Shown in pieces: positions 29,633-40,629 of a DNA stretch of 64,000 bases. The translations under genes were made by a program, and so were the position numbers. The number at the start of each line of letters is the position of its first letter. Position 1 is the first letter of the stretch. This DNA is from an uncultured delta proteobacterium (lineage in GTDB: Bacteria > Desulfobacterota > Binatia > UBA9968): contig CAVTUQ010000028.1 of the NCBI GenBank assembly GCA_963737905.1, positions 96,001-160,000 of the forward strand. The letters are read 5' to 3'. The notes under the pieces are model-generated. The model was not told the origin of the DNA and did no database searches. It saw nothing but the letters and a program-made list of their open reading frames with translations.

Positions 29633-31684
29633 ATGTCCTACGCCGTAGCCGTCGATATCGGCGGCACTTTCACCGATCTAGTTGCCTACGATCACGCAGC
29701 GCAAAAGGTGATTTATGCGAAGAGCCCTACCACGTATGAGAATCTGGTAGAGGGGATCCTCGACTGTTTCAAAAAAGCGGGAGTTAAAGCGGCGGAAGCG
29801 ACGTTGGTCAATCACGGCACAACACTTGTCATCAACTCGCTGATTCAGCGCAAGGGCGCAAAGACAGCCTTGGTCACCAGTAAGGGCTTCCGCGATATTT
29901 TGGAAATCGCCCGGGGCAACCGGCCCGATCCTTTTGATCTCCATTATCAGCGGGATGAACCATTGATACCGCGCGAGCTGCGTCTCGAAGTACCCGAGCG
30001 AACCGGGAGCAAGGGTGAAGTCGTTAATCCACTGGATGTCCCAACGTTGGAAACACTTGCCGGCGAGATAAGGAAACTCGACGTCGAGTCCGTCGCCGTT
30101 TTTTTTATGAACTCCTACGTCAACCCGAGCCATGAAGAGGCCGCGGCGGAAGTTTTGAGAGAGCGTCTACCCGATGTCTACGTCACTTTCAGCACCGATC
30201 TCACCCACGAGTGGTACGAGTATGAGCGCTGTTCTACGGTAGCCGCCAACGCCTATGTGGGGCCACAGGTGAGCACGTATGTCCGCAGACTGGACAGCGA
30301 CCTCAAAGCTCAGGGCTTCACCGGTTCCCTCTTCATGATGGGCTCTAACGGAGGATTGCTGTCGGCGGAGCGAACTTGCCGGCAGCCCATCGGCCTAGTT
30401 GAATCCGGCCCCATCGGCGGCTGCATCGGCGCCAGCGCTTACGCCGAAGCACTGGGTTTCAAAAACGTCGTCGCCTTCGACATGGGCGGCACCACTGCAA
30501 AAAGCGCACTGGTGGAAAACGGCCGCTTCTCGGTGAACTCCGTCTACTACGCCGGCGGTTACGTGCGCGGCTTTCCGATCAAATCGTCGGTCATTGACAT
30601 TGTCGAAGTCGGATCCGGCGGCGGCTCTATCGCATGGCTCGACTCGCAAAAGCGGCTCCACGTCGGCCCGCAGAGCGCGGGCTCGACGCCGGGCCCGGTA
30701 TGCTACGGCCGCGGTGGCAACGAACCGACGATCACAGACGCAAACTTGGTTCTCGGGCGGCTCAATCCTGATAACTTTCTCGGCGGCGACATGAAGCTCA
30801 ATGTGAATGCAGCTGAGCGCGCTATCGATCAACGGATCGCGCAGCCGCTGGGCTACACTGCGCGCGACGGCATGGTCCGGATGGCCGATGGCATGATCTC
30901 CATCGCTACCGTGATCATGGCCGGAGCCATCCGGCGCATCTCCGTGGAGCATGGGCTCGATCCACGGGATTTCGTGCTCTTCAGTTACGGCGGCGGCGGA
31001 CCGCTCCATGCCTGCGCGCTGGCGCATGAGTTGTCGATTCCGACCGTGGTCATTCCACCCGAGCCGGGAAATTTCTCGGCGATCGGCATGCTGCTCGCCG
31101 ACGCCAGGATCGATACGTCAAAGACCTTCGTCAGTCTGCTGAACGACGTTTCCATCGGCGCCCTTGGTGAAATCTTCGGCGCGATGGAAAAAAATTCGCT
31201 CGAAGCTCTCGAAGCCGAATTTGGGACCAGCGACGTTTTTTTCGAGCGCCACGCTGAGATGCGCTACCGCGGTCAGCGGCACAACATAAAAGTCCCCGTC
31301 TCCGGATTGAAAGACGCGGCGGCCGTCCGTGACGCCTTCGAACGCGACTACCGGCGCCGCTACGGTCATGCCGATGCCAAGGCCCCGGCCGAATTTCAAG
31401 CGCTGCATCTTTCGGCTTTCGCGCGCTTGAAACGTCCGGATATCGCCCGCTTGCCGCGCCCTGCTGTCAAGGCGCAGCCTTCGCATAAACGGCAAGTCTA
31501 TCTCGGTAGCGCTGGCGGCTGGATAGATGTGCAGATCTTTAACCGCGATGCAATGGAACCCGGCTTCCACGGGGTTGGTCCCGTAGTGATCGAGGAATAC
31601 GGCTCAACGACGGTGGTCTGGCCAGGCGATCGATTCGAGATCGGCGCCATGCACGAGATTCGAATTTATTGCTCCAAGCAATAG
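29633..31684 (+). CDS. Hydantoinase A / oxoprolinase ATP-binding subunit
   Basis: VDIGGTFTD, HGTT, ESGP, DMGGTT, GSGGGS and TITDANL. Confidence 0.93.
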   Translation: MSYAVAVDIGGTFTDLVAYDHAAQKVIYAKSPTTYENLVEGILDCFKKAGVKAAEATLVNHGTTLVINSLIQRKGAKTALVTSKGFRDILEIARGNRPDPFDLHYQRDEPLIPRELRLEVPERTGSKGEVVNPLDVPTLETLAGEIRKLDVESVAVFFMNSYVNPSHEEAAAEVLRERLPDVYVTFSTDLTHEWYEYERCSTVAANAYVGPQVSTYVRRLDSDLKAQGFTGSLFMMGSNGGLLSAERTCRQPIGLVESGPIGGCIGASAYAEALGFKNVVAFDMGGTTAKSALVENGRFSVNSVYYAGGYVRGFPIKSSVIDIVEVGSGGGSIAWLDSQKRLHVGPQSAGSTPGPVCYGRGGNEPTITDANLVLGRLNPDNFLGGDMKLNVNAAERAIDQRIAQPLGYTARDGMVRMADGMISIATVIMAGAIRRISVEHGLDPRDFVLFSYGGGGPLHACALAHELSIPTVVIPPEPGNFSAIGMLLADARIDTSKTFVSLLNDVSIGALGEIFGAMEKNSLEALEAEFGTSDVFFERHAEMRYRGQRHNIKVPVSGLKDAAAVRDAFERDYRRRYGHADAKAPAEFQALHLSAFARLKRPDIARLPRPAVKAQPSHKRQVYLGSAGGWIDVQIFNRDAMEPGFHGVGPVVIEEYGSTTVVWPGDRFEIGAMHEIRIYCSKQ

Positions 31685-31694
31685 AAAATCTGTT

Positions 31695-33425
31695 GTGGAT
31701 CCGGCAAGTCATCTAAACCCCAAACACCGAACCGTGGATCCCATTACCCTCGAGGTGATTCGCCACGGCCTTGTCTCAATCACCGACCAGATCGATGCAA
31801 ACATTTCGCGAACCGCTTTCAGCCCCTATATTTACGAGTATAAGGACTTCGCCGTAGGGCTGGTGGGCCCCGACGGCGAGCTGATCGCACAATGCACCGG
31901 CGGCATGCCGGTTTTCGTCGCCGACTCCGTCGGCATGGCGGTGCGCGACGGACTTGCTGTTTATGGCCGCGAGCGGTTGCATCACGGCGACGTGGTGCTG
32001 TGCAATCATGCCGCGATTCAGGGTCAGCATCTGAACAACACCGTAATGTACACTCCGATCTATGCCGGTCCGCAGTGCGCCGCCTTGATTGGCTTCTTCG
32101 CCATCAATGTCCACTGGATCGACATTGGCGGTATCACCCCGCGCTCCAGCGACATCTTCATGGAAGGTCTGCAGCTCCGCTCGATCAAACTCTGGTCCAA
32201 GGGAGAGCCGATTCAAGAAGTTTACCGGATCATCGAAAACAACACGCGCTTTCCCGTCGAGCTGATGGGTGACATAGCGGCGCAATATGCGGGCTGCGTA
32301 CTCGGCCGCGACATGACTCAAGCGCTGGCCGATAGGTACGGCATCGATTCGTTTTCGAGCGCCGTAAAAACCATTCTCGACCAGAGTGAAGCGGCGGCGC
32401 GCGCCCAGATCAGCGCGATTCCCGACGGTGTATATGCCTACGAGACGTTTTTCGACAACGACGGTGAAACCGGCGAACCCATTCCGATCCGCGTGAAGGT
32501 CATCGTCGCTGGGGATGAGATGACCATCGATTACGGCGAAATGGCCGATCAAGTGAAAGGCTGCATCAACTCCGGCTACTACGGTGGCGGCCGCACCACG
32601 GCACGGGTAGCGTTCAAATACTTGATCGCGAACAACGAACCGGCCAATGAAGGCACCTTTCGGCCGTTAAAACTCATTTTGCCGGAAGGAAAGATCCTCA
32701 GCGCCCACCCAACGGCACCCATGGGCAACTACTCGCAGCCGTTCCCGACAGTGATCGATGCAATTATCAAAGCGCTCGAAAACGCTTTGCCCGAGCGCGT
32801 GACAGGCGCACATTTCGGAACCTTTTCCGGTGTGCGCTTCCGCGGGAAACGAATCGAAAACGGAGCGCCATTCGATTGTCACGACAGCGGCCACGGCGGT
32901 TGGGGCGCCTGCGCCGCGCACGACGGCGCGGGGCCTTTCCGAACAATGGCTCACGGCGACACGCGCATCATTCCCGTCGAGCTACAGGAGTCGATGTATC
33001 CGTATCGCATCGTAGAGTTCGGCCTCCGTGAAGACTCGGCGGGCGCCGGCAAATTTCGCGGCGGCCTGGGTTTTCGCAAACGCTATCAGATTCTCGGCCC
33101 CTGCAACCTGCAGGCATTGTTCGACCGGGTCAAATTTCCACCGTGGGGTGTGCAAGGCGGTAAGGAAGCCAAGTCCGGGCAGATCACGGTCGTGAAGAAG
33201 TCGGGTACAAAAGAAATCATTCACAAGAGTAAAGGCTATCCGTTGGAACCTGGCGATGAGATCATCGTTGAGACGGGAGGCGGAGGCGGTTACGGACCGC
33301 CTTCGGAACGACGGCGCGAGCTAGTTGAGCGGGATTTGCTTCGGGGTTATGTCTCTCTCGATGCGGCGGAACGAGATTACGGTATCAAACTCGGACCGGA
33401 GCCGTTCGATACCGATAGGTCATAA
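31695..33425 (+). CDS. Hydantoinase B / oxoprolinase family protein (second paralog)
   Basis: Same motifs as the 27783 gene with long identical blocks. Confidence 0.92.
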   Translation: MDPASHLNPKHRTVDPITLEVIRHGLVSITDQIDANISRTAFSPYIYEYKDFAVGLVGPDGELIAQCTGGMPVFVADSVGMAVRDGLAVYGRERLHHGDVVLCNHAAIQGQHLNNTVMYTPIYAGPQCAALIGFFAINVHWIDIGGITPRSSDIFMEGLQLRSIKLWSKGEPIQEVYRIIENNTRFPVELMGDIAAQYAGCVLGRDMTQALADRYGIDSFSSAVKTILDQSEAAARAQISAIPDGVYAYETFFDNDGETGEPIPIRVKVIVAGDEMTIDYGEMADQVKGCINSGYYGGGRTTARVAFKYLIANNEPANEGTFRPLKLILPEGKILSAHPTAPMGNYSQPFPTVIDAIIKALENALPERVTGAHFGTFSGVRFRGKRIENGAPFDCHDSGHGGWGACAAHDGAGPFRTMAHGDTRIIPVELQESMYPYRIVEFGLREDSAGAGKFRGGLGFRKRYQILGPCNLQALFDRVKFPPWGVQGGKEAKSGQITVVKKSGTKEIIHKSKGYPLEPGDEIIVETGGGGGYGPPSERRRELVERDLLRGYVSLDAAERDYGIKLGPEPFDTDRS

Positions 33426-33495
33426 TCTCATGATCCGGTGCTTGTGATCTCAGAAGAGCAAGGTCAGCCACAAAAACAGCTAAAACTTTGACTGC

Positions 33496-33888
33496 TTACT
33501 TGTCCGCAATGCGAGCGGATCGTGGATAAAGCTTGAACCCACCGAACCCGTACTCGCCCGCCGGCATGTTGGTGCCTGCATCGAAGAGGTCAATGAGCAT
33601 AAACTTTTCCGGATGGCCGGCGAGATAATTGGAATAGGTATCGACAAAACGTTCCTGGCTGTGAAAGTCCGCGCGGAAGAACGCTTCGCCGACATATAGC
33701 CGATGAGGACGATGTTTAGCGTCCAGCCGAACCCAGTATCGAGACCCATCGGGACCTAACGTATCAAGCCATTTCTTATACTGGGCTATGACGGCCTCCC
33801 GTTTTTGGAATTCGTCTCCCCGGGCGGGGGTATGTTGGAGACAGCTAAGCGACAACGCCAAGAGAACAGCTGCGATAATTTTCTTCAT
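33496..33888 (-). CDS. Secreted hypothetical protein
   Basis: AGGAGG RBS and signal peptide MKKIIAAVLLALSLSC. Confidence 0.7.
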   Translation of the reverse strand: MKKIIAAVLLALSLSCLQHTPARGDEFQKREAVIAQYKKWLDTLGPDGSRYWVRLDAKHRPHRLYVGEAFFRADFHSQERFVDTYSNYLAGHPEKFMLIDLFDAGTNMPAGEYGFGGFKLYPRSARIADK

Positions 33889-33924
33889 ATATCCTCCTGT
33901 CTAAAACCGCGCGCAATCGATGAC

Positions 33925-33939
33925 GCAAGTTCTCTGCCA
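33925..33939 (-). promoter_or_regulatory. Sigma54 promoter of the 33888 gene
   Basis: TGGCAGAGAACTTGC on the minus strand, 36 nt from the ATG. Confidence 0.65.
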
Positions 33940-34278
33940 GACCAGCGGATAGACTGGGAGGAGATCTATCGGCCTTAGGGGAGGATGCCTTGGACCTTTT
34001 TGTCACAACGTGGGAATCGGTGCGCCGCAACACGATCTAAACTGGGTTTCGGAAAGCTTGAGCTGGAATCGCCTCTGTACATTATTGGCCGTCCTGCAGA
34101 GTAGAGATCAGTTTGTTTCCGATGTCGATTATTCGAGCGACCAGGTAGGAAAATCGGAAAGAATAGGGACTGAAGCGCCCATCTGTTCAGTCGCAAGATT
34201 TCAAACGGCAGCAGTGTCCGGCAGGTCTACCAAGCGGTGCTTGGAGGCGGGGAAGAAACTGGGGCGCTCAACCGAGTG

Positions 34279-36600
34279 TCACGCGTTACTTACGGCCTTT
34301 CCCTCGGCTTTCCGTATCGCTTCCCAAAGCTTGGGCGCCGTATAGGGCATGTCGATATGATCGATGCCCAGCGGCGCCAGGGCGTCCATGATGGCGTTGG
34401 CCACCGCGGGCGGCGCGCCGTTGGTGCCGGCTTCGCCGACGCCTTTGACTCCCAACGGATTGAAAGGATTCGCTGTTACGGTCTCGCCGAGAGTGAGCTG
34501 AGGCATATCAGCGGCGCGCATCACCGCGTAATTCATCAAGGTGCCGGTGAGCACCTGGCCCTCTTCACCAAAGAGCATCTGCTCCCGCAGCGCTTCGCCA
34601 AGCCCCTGCGCCACGCCGCCGTGCACCTGTCCCTCGACGATCATTGGATTGACGACTACACCGCAGTCGTCCACCAGTACGAGTTTCTCGATGCTCGGCT
34701 TGCCGGTTTCGCGATCGATTCGCACCATCGCCACGTGCGCGCCGAAGCCCCACGCTTCGCGTCGGGGATCGAAGAATACCGTTTCCTGGAGGCCAGGCTC
34801 CATACCGGGTGGAACTCTTCCCCCATACGCGGCGGCCGCGATTTGACGCCACGTTACTTTCTTCTCCGGGACACCGGCGACGGCGAATCCGCCGTCGGCC
34901 TGTATCACGTCTTCGGGCGCAGCTTCCACCAAATGGGCGGCGATCCGACGCGCTTTTTGAATCACACGCTCGGCAGCGAGCGCCATCGAGCCGCCACCCA
35001 TCACCATGCTTCTGCTGCCGAAGGTACCGACGCCTTGCTGGACCGCCATCGTGTCGCCGTGACGAATCGCCACATGATCCATGGAAACATGCATCTTGTC
35101 GGCGATCACCTGGGCATAGGAAGTCTCGTGTCCCTGGCCGTGACTGCTGGAGCCTGTGAGCACCGTGATTTCGCCGGTGCGCTCGACCCTCACGGTGCCG
35201 CTTTCAAAGCCGGCGCCACCGCTGGGCTCGACAAAAGTTGAAACACCCACACCCACCAGCTCCCCACGCGCCCGCGTCGCGTCGCGCTCCCCGATGAGCT
35301 TTTCGTAATCGGAGAGACGCATGGCCTCAGCAAGTGATTTTTCGTAGTCGCCGGAGTCGTATTCAACTCCCACTCCGGTCTTGTAAGGAAACTGCTGGGG
35401 GCGAATGAAGTTCTTGCGCCGCATCGCCAAACGATCGAGTCCCAATTCCTTAGCCGCCTTGTCGACCAGGCGCTCGATATTGAGCACCGACTCCGGCCTG
35501 CCGGCGCCGCGGTACGGCCCGGTAGGAGTGGTATTAGTAAACACCGCCACGACTTCGACATGACAATTTTGAATCTGATAGGAGCCCGGCGCCATACCCA
35601 TCATGCGCTGCGGCGGACCCGCCGTACTCGAGTACAGGTAGGCACCGAGATTGGCCACCACACGCACCTTCAGGCCCAGCATCGTGCCATCTTTCTTAAG
35701 CGCCAACTCCGACGTCATCGCCTGATCACGGCCCTGAATCGTAGTGACGAAATCCTCGCTGCGTGTGGCGATCCACTTGATCGGCTGCCCCAGCTTAAGC
35801 GCCAGATGACACGCGAGCACATACTCGCGATACAGCGGTCCCTTGCTGCCGAACCCGCCGCCGACGTCAGGCGCGATGACACGAATTTTATGCTCGGGGA
35901 ATCCGAGGGCGGTGGCGAGATCGCCGCGCACTCGGTGCGGCGCCTGAGTGGAAAGCCATACCGTGAGATCACCTGTCGATTCCGGCTTTACCACGATTCC
36001 TCTCGGCTCGATCGCCAGCGCGACCTGGCGCGGGCTGGCGATATGCATGCGGCAAATATGCTCTGCCTGCGCGAACGCTTTTTCCACGTCGCCGCCTTTT
36101 TTAGTCGCGACGTAACAAATGTTGCTGTCCAACTCCTCGCGCGCCAGCGGCGCACCAGGCTCAAGAGCCTTCTCTGCGTCGATTACAGAGGGCAGCGCTT
36201 CGTATTCTACTTCGATGGCGTTGGCGGCGTCCTGCGCGAGAGCGCGGTTCTGCGCTACTACGGCGGCGACTGCAACGCCCGCTTCATGCACGGCGCCGCG
36301 GGCCAGCAATGGGTGGGGCGGTATCTTCTGATCCTGCACCATGGGTGCCACCGGTATGCTGAGCTGTTTAACATCCTCACCGGTCACAACGGTTAGCACG
36401 CCGACCATCGTCTTGGCCGCGTCGGTCTTAATGGAAATTATTTTTGCGTGCGGATACGTCGTACGGAGGAAGGCTAGATACAACATTCCTGGCAACTGGA
36501 TGTCGTCCACATAGCACCCTTTGCCGGCAACCAGAACCGGATCTTCGACCCGCCGAATCGATGCGCCGATAAGTCCGGTTGGAGTATGATCAGTCGTCAT
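34279..36600 (-). CDS. Xanthine dehydrogenase-family molybdopterin subunit (CoxL form II-like)
   Basis: RRVED, DVGGGFGSKG, PYRGAGR, GQGHET and KGVGEAG. Confidence 0.92.
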   Translation of the reverse strand: MTTDHTPTGLIGASIRRVEDPVLVAGKGCYVDDIQLPGMLYLAFLRTTYPHAKIISIKTDAAKTMVGVLTVVTGEDVKQLSIPVAPMVQDQKIPPHPLLARGAVHEAGVAVAAVVAQNRALAQDAANAIEVEYEALPSVIDAEKALEPGAPLAREELDSNICYVATKKGGDVEKAFAQAEHICRMHIASPRQVALAIEPRGIVVKPESTGDLTVWLSTQAPHRVRGDLATALGFPEHKIRVIAPDVGGGFGSKGPLYREYVLACHLALKLGQPIKWIATRSEDFVTTIQGRDQAMTSELALKKDGTMLGLKVRVVANLGAYLYSSTAGPPQRMMGMAPGSYQIQNCHVEVVAVFTNTTPTGPYRGAGRPESVLNIERLVDKAAKELGLDRLAMRRKNFIRPQQFPYKTGVGVEYDSGDYEKSLAEAMRLSDYEKLIGERDATRARGELVGVGVSTFVEPSGGAGFESGTVRVERTGEITVLTGSSSHGQGHETSYAQVIADKMHVSMDHVAIRHGDTMAVQQGVGTFGSRSMVMGGGSMALAAERVIQKARRIAAHLVEAAPEDVIQADGGFAVAGVPEKKVTWRQIAAAAYGGRVPPGMEPGLQETVFFDPRREAWGFGAHVAMVRIDRETGKPSIEKLVLVDDCGVVVNPMIVEGQVHGGVAQGLGEALREQMLFGEEGQVLTGTLMNYAVMRAADMPQLTLGETVTANPFNPLGVKGVGEAGTNGAPPAVANAIMDALAPLGIDHIDMPYTAPKLWEAIRKAEGKAVSNA

Positions 36601-36624
36601 GGAATAACCTCTCGTTCAAAAGCA

Positions 36625-36690
36625 ATCGTGTTCGTGCCCGTGTTTCGTGTTCGTGACAAAAGACGAGCACGATCACGCATCACGAGCACG
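36625..36690. repeat. Hexamer tandem array plus inverted array
   Basis: (TCGTGT)n ... (CACGAG)n. Confidence 0.65.
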
Positions 36691-36695
36691 GTTTC

Positions 36696-37568
36696 TTAAC
36701 TCACCGCCCTTTTCACTGCCGCTTCGATTGCTTGCCGCGCATAGACGGTCGCTACGTGGCGCTTATATCCCGCGCTCGCGTACGTGTCTCCCTCCGGGAT
36801 CCGTCCTTTCGGTCGGCCTTTCCTGCGGCCAGCGGCAATGACTTCCGCCGTCAGCGGTTTTCCTTGCAGTTCCATTTCCGTAGTCACGGCCCTTACCGGA
36901 CCGCTGCCCATTCCCCCGAGAACGACGCGGGCTGAAGCGCATGAGCCGGATTTCTGTCGGGTGATTAAAACGCCGGCGCTCACCACGACGTAGCCGGAAG
37001 CCGGATGCGGCAGTTTGACATACGCCGTGCCACTACCGGCGTCGGGTAACGGCACACGAATTTCGGTCAGCACTTCACTCGCATTCATGGCGGTCGTGTA
37101 GAAATCGACAAAGAAATCGTCCGCCGCCACCGTTCGGCTACCCGACGTCGATTGCAAGACAAACGACGCGTTCAGCGCGGTGAGGATCACGGGAAAATCC
37201 GCCCCCGGATCCGCGTGGGCGATGCTTCCACCGATGGTGCCGCGATTGCGCACCTGCACATCGCCGATCACCGATGCCGCGTCCACCAAACCTGGCAAGT
37301 GCTTCTGTACCAGCTCCGACGAAGCCACATCGGCGTGCACCGTGAGCGCGCCAATCGCCAGCGTATTGCCATCCATACGCACGCCCCGCAGGCCCGGCAC
37401 GGTGCCGAGGTCGATCAAAGTGCGCGGCGACGCCAGTCTAAGCTTCATGGCCGGGATCAAACTGTGCCCCCCGGCCAGCAACTTGGCGTCTTCACCATGC
37501 TGGGCCAATAATTGCAGCGCCTCCTCCACCGAATGCGCCGCGACGTAGCCAAAGCTAGCGGGAAACAT
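36696..37568 (-). CDS. CoxM-like FAD-binding subunit
   Basis: [14 protein letters not shown] and [16 protein letters not shown]. Confidence 0.92.
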   Translation of the reverse strand: MFPASFGYVAAHSVEEALQLLAQHGEDAKLLAGGHSLIPAMKLRLASPRTLIDLGTVPGLRGVRMDGNTLAIGALTVHADVASSELVQKHLPGLVDAASVIGDVQVRNRGTIGGSIAHADPGADFPVILTALNASFVLQSTSGSRTVAADDFFVDFYTTAMNASEVLTEIRVPLPDAGSGTAYVKLPHPASGYVVVSAGVLITRQKSGSCASARVVLGGMGSGPVRAVTTEMELQGKPLTAEVIAAGRRKGRPKGRIPEGDTYASAGYKRHVATVYARQAIEAAVKRAVS

Positions 37569-38061
37569 TTTTGCCTCCCATCTTTTCCGCGGCCCAGCGA
37601 ACCGATTCGACGATATTGACGTAGCCCGTACAGCGACACAAGTTACCTTCCAACGCGTGGCGGATTTCTTCTTCCGTCGGATTTGGGTTTGTCTCCAGGA
37701 GGCTTACAGCGGTCATGATCATGCCGGGCGTGCAGTAGCCACACTGCAAGCCGTGTTTTTCGCGAAACCCTTCCTGCACCGGATGCAGCACGCCTTCGCG
37801 CGCAAGACCTTCGACTGTTGTAATTTCCGTCCCGTTCGCCTGAGCCGCCAGGATCGTGCACGACTTGACGGCTCGGCCGTTTAATTGAATCGTACAAGCG
37901 CCGCATTGGCTGGTATCGCAGCCCACGTGGGTGCCCGTCAGATTCAAATGCTCGCGCAAAAAATAAACCAGCAGCGTCCTTGGCTCTACAAGAGCTTCAT
38001 GCTTTACACCGTTGACGGTGACTTTTATTGGAACAGCCGCAAACTCGATCTCAGCAGCCAT
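37555..38061 (-). CDS. CoxS-like 2Fe-2S subunit
   Basis: [19 protein letters not shown] and CRCTGY. Confidence 0.95.
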   Translation of the reverse strand: MAAEIEFAAVPIKVTVNGVKHEALVEPRTLLVYFLREHLNLTGTHVGCDTSQCGACTIQLNGRAVKSCTILAAQANGTEITTVEGLAREGVLHPVQEGFREKHGLQCGYCTPGMIMTAVSLLETNPNPTEEEIRHALEGNLCRCTGYVNIVESVRWAAEKMGGKNVSR

Positions 38062-38257
38062 GCTCACTCGGCCTCCATCCGTACGTCATTGGATTCTGTG
38101 TTGTGAAGAAATCGACTTCGAATGTCATACACTGACTTCGTCGCGGTCTCAATACCTCTCAAGGGAATCTTCATAAATTATCAGTGGTAAGATCAACCAA
38201 GGTATTTTTTTCAACACGTGCTTGACAAACAGGAGGCGTTTCCACTATGACCGGCCC

Positions 38258-39313
38258 ATGTCGCGCCGGCGCCATATTCTCCAAAGGATATGCGGGTTGA
38301 CCGTTCTGACGATGGCGTTCGCCACCGTTGGCCCTGGGCCCACCCGGGCCAACCCCTACCTTAGCAAGCCCGGAGAACCGCCGGCAAAGGTCCGCGCGGC
38401 CACCTGTGCGTTGAGCGGGGGATTCATTCACCTCTATGCAGCTCTCGATAACGGTCTATTCGAAAAATACGGAGTCAAAGTTGAGTTTGTCTCGATTCGC
38501 GGCAGCGTTGTGTCGCTGGCCGCCCTGGCTTCCGACGAGATCCAGTTTCTTTATTGCGCCGCCGACGCGACCATACCCGGGCTGGCCGCGGGCAGCGACG
38601 CCAAGCTGATCGGCGCGCCGCTCGTCGGCCTTCCATGGGTCCTGCTCGCGCGCAAAGATATCAAGCGGCCGGAAGATTTGAGAGGCAAGAGCATTGCGGT
38701 GACCCGTGCGGGGGATCTCGTCTACCGGCTCGCCAGGGCGCTGATAAGAAAATTCAACTTCACGGAAGATGACGTCAGGATCCGGCCTGTGGGCGGCACC
38801 GGGCAGGTTGAGCCGTTGAACGCGGTTTTTGCCGGGTTGGCCGAAGCTTGCCTGGTGACCCCGCCGCTTGACGTGCGGGGTACGAGGAATGGTTTGAATT
38901 TGGTGTACCGGTTAAACGATTTGGGTGTCCCCGCAGTTTATAGTTCGATCCATGCAAATACCAAGACATTGAAAGAGCGCCCCGGCGTGACGCAGAAATG
39001 GGTTGCGGCCCTGGCGGAGTCCATCTCCTTCGTGGAGAAAAATCCCGAGAAGAGCAAAGCCGCCGTAGCCAAAGCTCTCAAGCTCAACGACCCCGAAGCG
39101 CTCCAGTCCGCTTACGCGGCTTACGCAAAATTGCTTGTCAACCGGCGCATGATGGTGCCGGAAAGCACTGTAGCCGGAGTGATCGAGGTCGCTCGCGAGC
39201 AGGGTACGTCGGTGCGCAAGAAGGCGGCTGAGATTATCGACAACACTTTCGCCGAGAATCTAGACAAGAGCGGATTCCTCAAAGAGATCTGGGGCAACGC
39301 GCTTCCTCGGTAG
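38258..39313 (+). CDS. NitT/TauT-type ABC substrate-binding protein
   Basis: GLFEKYGVKVE, DLRGKSIAVT and signal peptide. Confidence 0.85.
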   Translation: MSRRRHILQRICGLTVLTMAFATVGPGPTRANPYLSKPGEPPAKVRAATCALSGGFIHLYAALDNGLFEKYGVKVEFVSIRGSVVSLAALASDEIQFLYCAADATIPGLAAGSDAKLIGAPLVGLPWVLLARKDIKRPEDLRGKSIAVTRAGDLVYRLARALIRKFNFTEDDVRIRPVGGTGQVEPLNAVFAGLAEACLVTPPLDVRGTRNGLNLVYRLNDLGVPAVYSSIHANTKTLKERPGVTQKWVAALAESISFVEKNPEKSKAAVAKALKLNDPEALQSAYAAYAKLLVNRRMMVPESTVAGVIEVAREQGTSVRKKAAEIIDNTFAENLDKSGFLKEIWGNALPR

Positions 39314-39323
39314 CCCGGCCAAC

Positions 39324-40451
39324 TCATTTTGCTCTGTACTCCTTGACCGCATCTTCATTGAGTTCCAACCCGAGCCCCGGTTTTTCACTCAACGTCACCC
39401 AACCTTTGACCGGTCCGGGCGCGTCTTTATAGAGCACGTTCCAGGTCAACCAGTTATTCACGTGAATCTCGGCACGCCAGCCGTTGGGCACCGCCGCGTG
39501 CAGATGGAGGTCGAAATGGTCCCCGTTGCCGACAGGCAGGTTGAACGCTTGCGCCACGCCGGCTGCCTTCATGCCCATGGTAAACCCGCCCACTGAAAGA
39601 ACATGGATATTCAAGAAGTCGACCGATCTCTGCTTTACCAGTTCACACAGCGTGGAAAAGTTCTCCCACTGTCCTGCTGCGATCGGTATGCTGGTCTGTT
39701 TGCGCAATTCGGCCAACAATCCCGGATCATTGTGCACGATAGGTTCTTCAAACCACATCAGATTATACGGCTCAAATCGTTTGCACCACCGAAGCGCAGC
39801 ATCGTATTTCATTAAGCAGTTGGCATCCGTCATCAATTCCACCGAATCGCCCACTGCGTCGCGCACCGCCCGCACGCGGGCCTCGTCCTCCGCCGGGTTA
39901 TCCTCGCGGGGCTCGGCACCGGCCCCAGAGGGATCCATCTCGCCACGAATATTGAGCCGGCCGACCTGAATTTTCAGGCGGCTCTCCCCCCTGGCAACCC
40001 AGTATTTCGCGGCTTCGGCCAGCTCGTCCCTTGAATAGGCTCGCAGCCCGAAGGTGATATAGGCCGGCAGAGACTTCTGCGCGGCTCCGAGAAGGCGCCA
40101 AACCGGAATCTTGAAGAACTTTCCTTTAATGTCCCAAAGCGCGACGTCGATGGCGCTCACCGCGAAATTCCATACCCCGGCGTGGGCACGCGTGTTGAAT
40201 TTCCACAGCATCTGGTGCATCAACCTTTCGGTCTCAAGAGGATCTTTCCCTTTCAAGAACGGCGCCAAATCGTTTTGAATAAAAGCAGCCGTAGCCGAAT
40301 GCATGAAACCGCCAATTTGAGAAAGGCCCACAATGCCGTTGTCCGTTTTTACTTTGAGTAACCGCACCGCCGCCCGCACTGGCTCCTTGAACAACGGCGG
40401 TGTGACCGGGATGTTTTGCAGTTCCACAATTTCGATATCAGCAATCTTCAA
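39324..40451 (-). CDS. Mandelate racemase / muconate lactonizing enzyme family protein
   Basis: SAIDVALWDIKGK..PVWRLLG, TDAN, WFEEP and PGLGLE. Confidence 0.9.
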   Translation of the reverse strand: MKIADIEIVELQNIPVTPPLFKEPVRAAVRLLKVKTDNGIVGLSQIGGFMHSATAAFIQNDLAPFLKGKDPLETERLMHQMLWKFNTRAHAGVWNFAVSAIDVALWDIKGKFFKIPVWRLLGAAQKSLPAYITFGLRAYSRDELAEAAKYWVARGESRLKIQVGRLNIRGEMDPSGAGAEPREDNPAEDEARVRAVRDAVGDSVELMTDANCLMKYDAALRWCKRFEPYNLMWFEEPIVHNDPGLLAELRKQTSIPIAAGQWENFSTLCELVKQRSVDFLNIHVLSVGGFTMGMKAAGVAQAFNLPVGNGDHFDLHLHAAVPNGWRAEIHVNNWLTWNVLYKDAPGPVKGWVTLSEKPGLGLELNEDAVKEYRAK

Positions 40452-40629
40452 AGGGATTCTCCTTTCTGGTGTAAGTCATACAATTTTTCCATCGACGATT
40501 TCGTTAGAGGCATCGAGCCGACTCCAGCGGCCCGTTGGGAGATTAGGTAAACAAGACGACAGCGTCAAGAGCGTTGTGTAAGCAAAGGCGCAGGGAATCG
40601 TCTAAGGCCACTGCAACCGCGCTCGTCAT

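Noticed and set aside
34237-35241. 334-aa plus-strand ORF (also 35560..36396)
   Set aside because: Antisense shadow of the coxL-like gene, typical of GC-rich codon bias, with no motifs.
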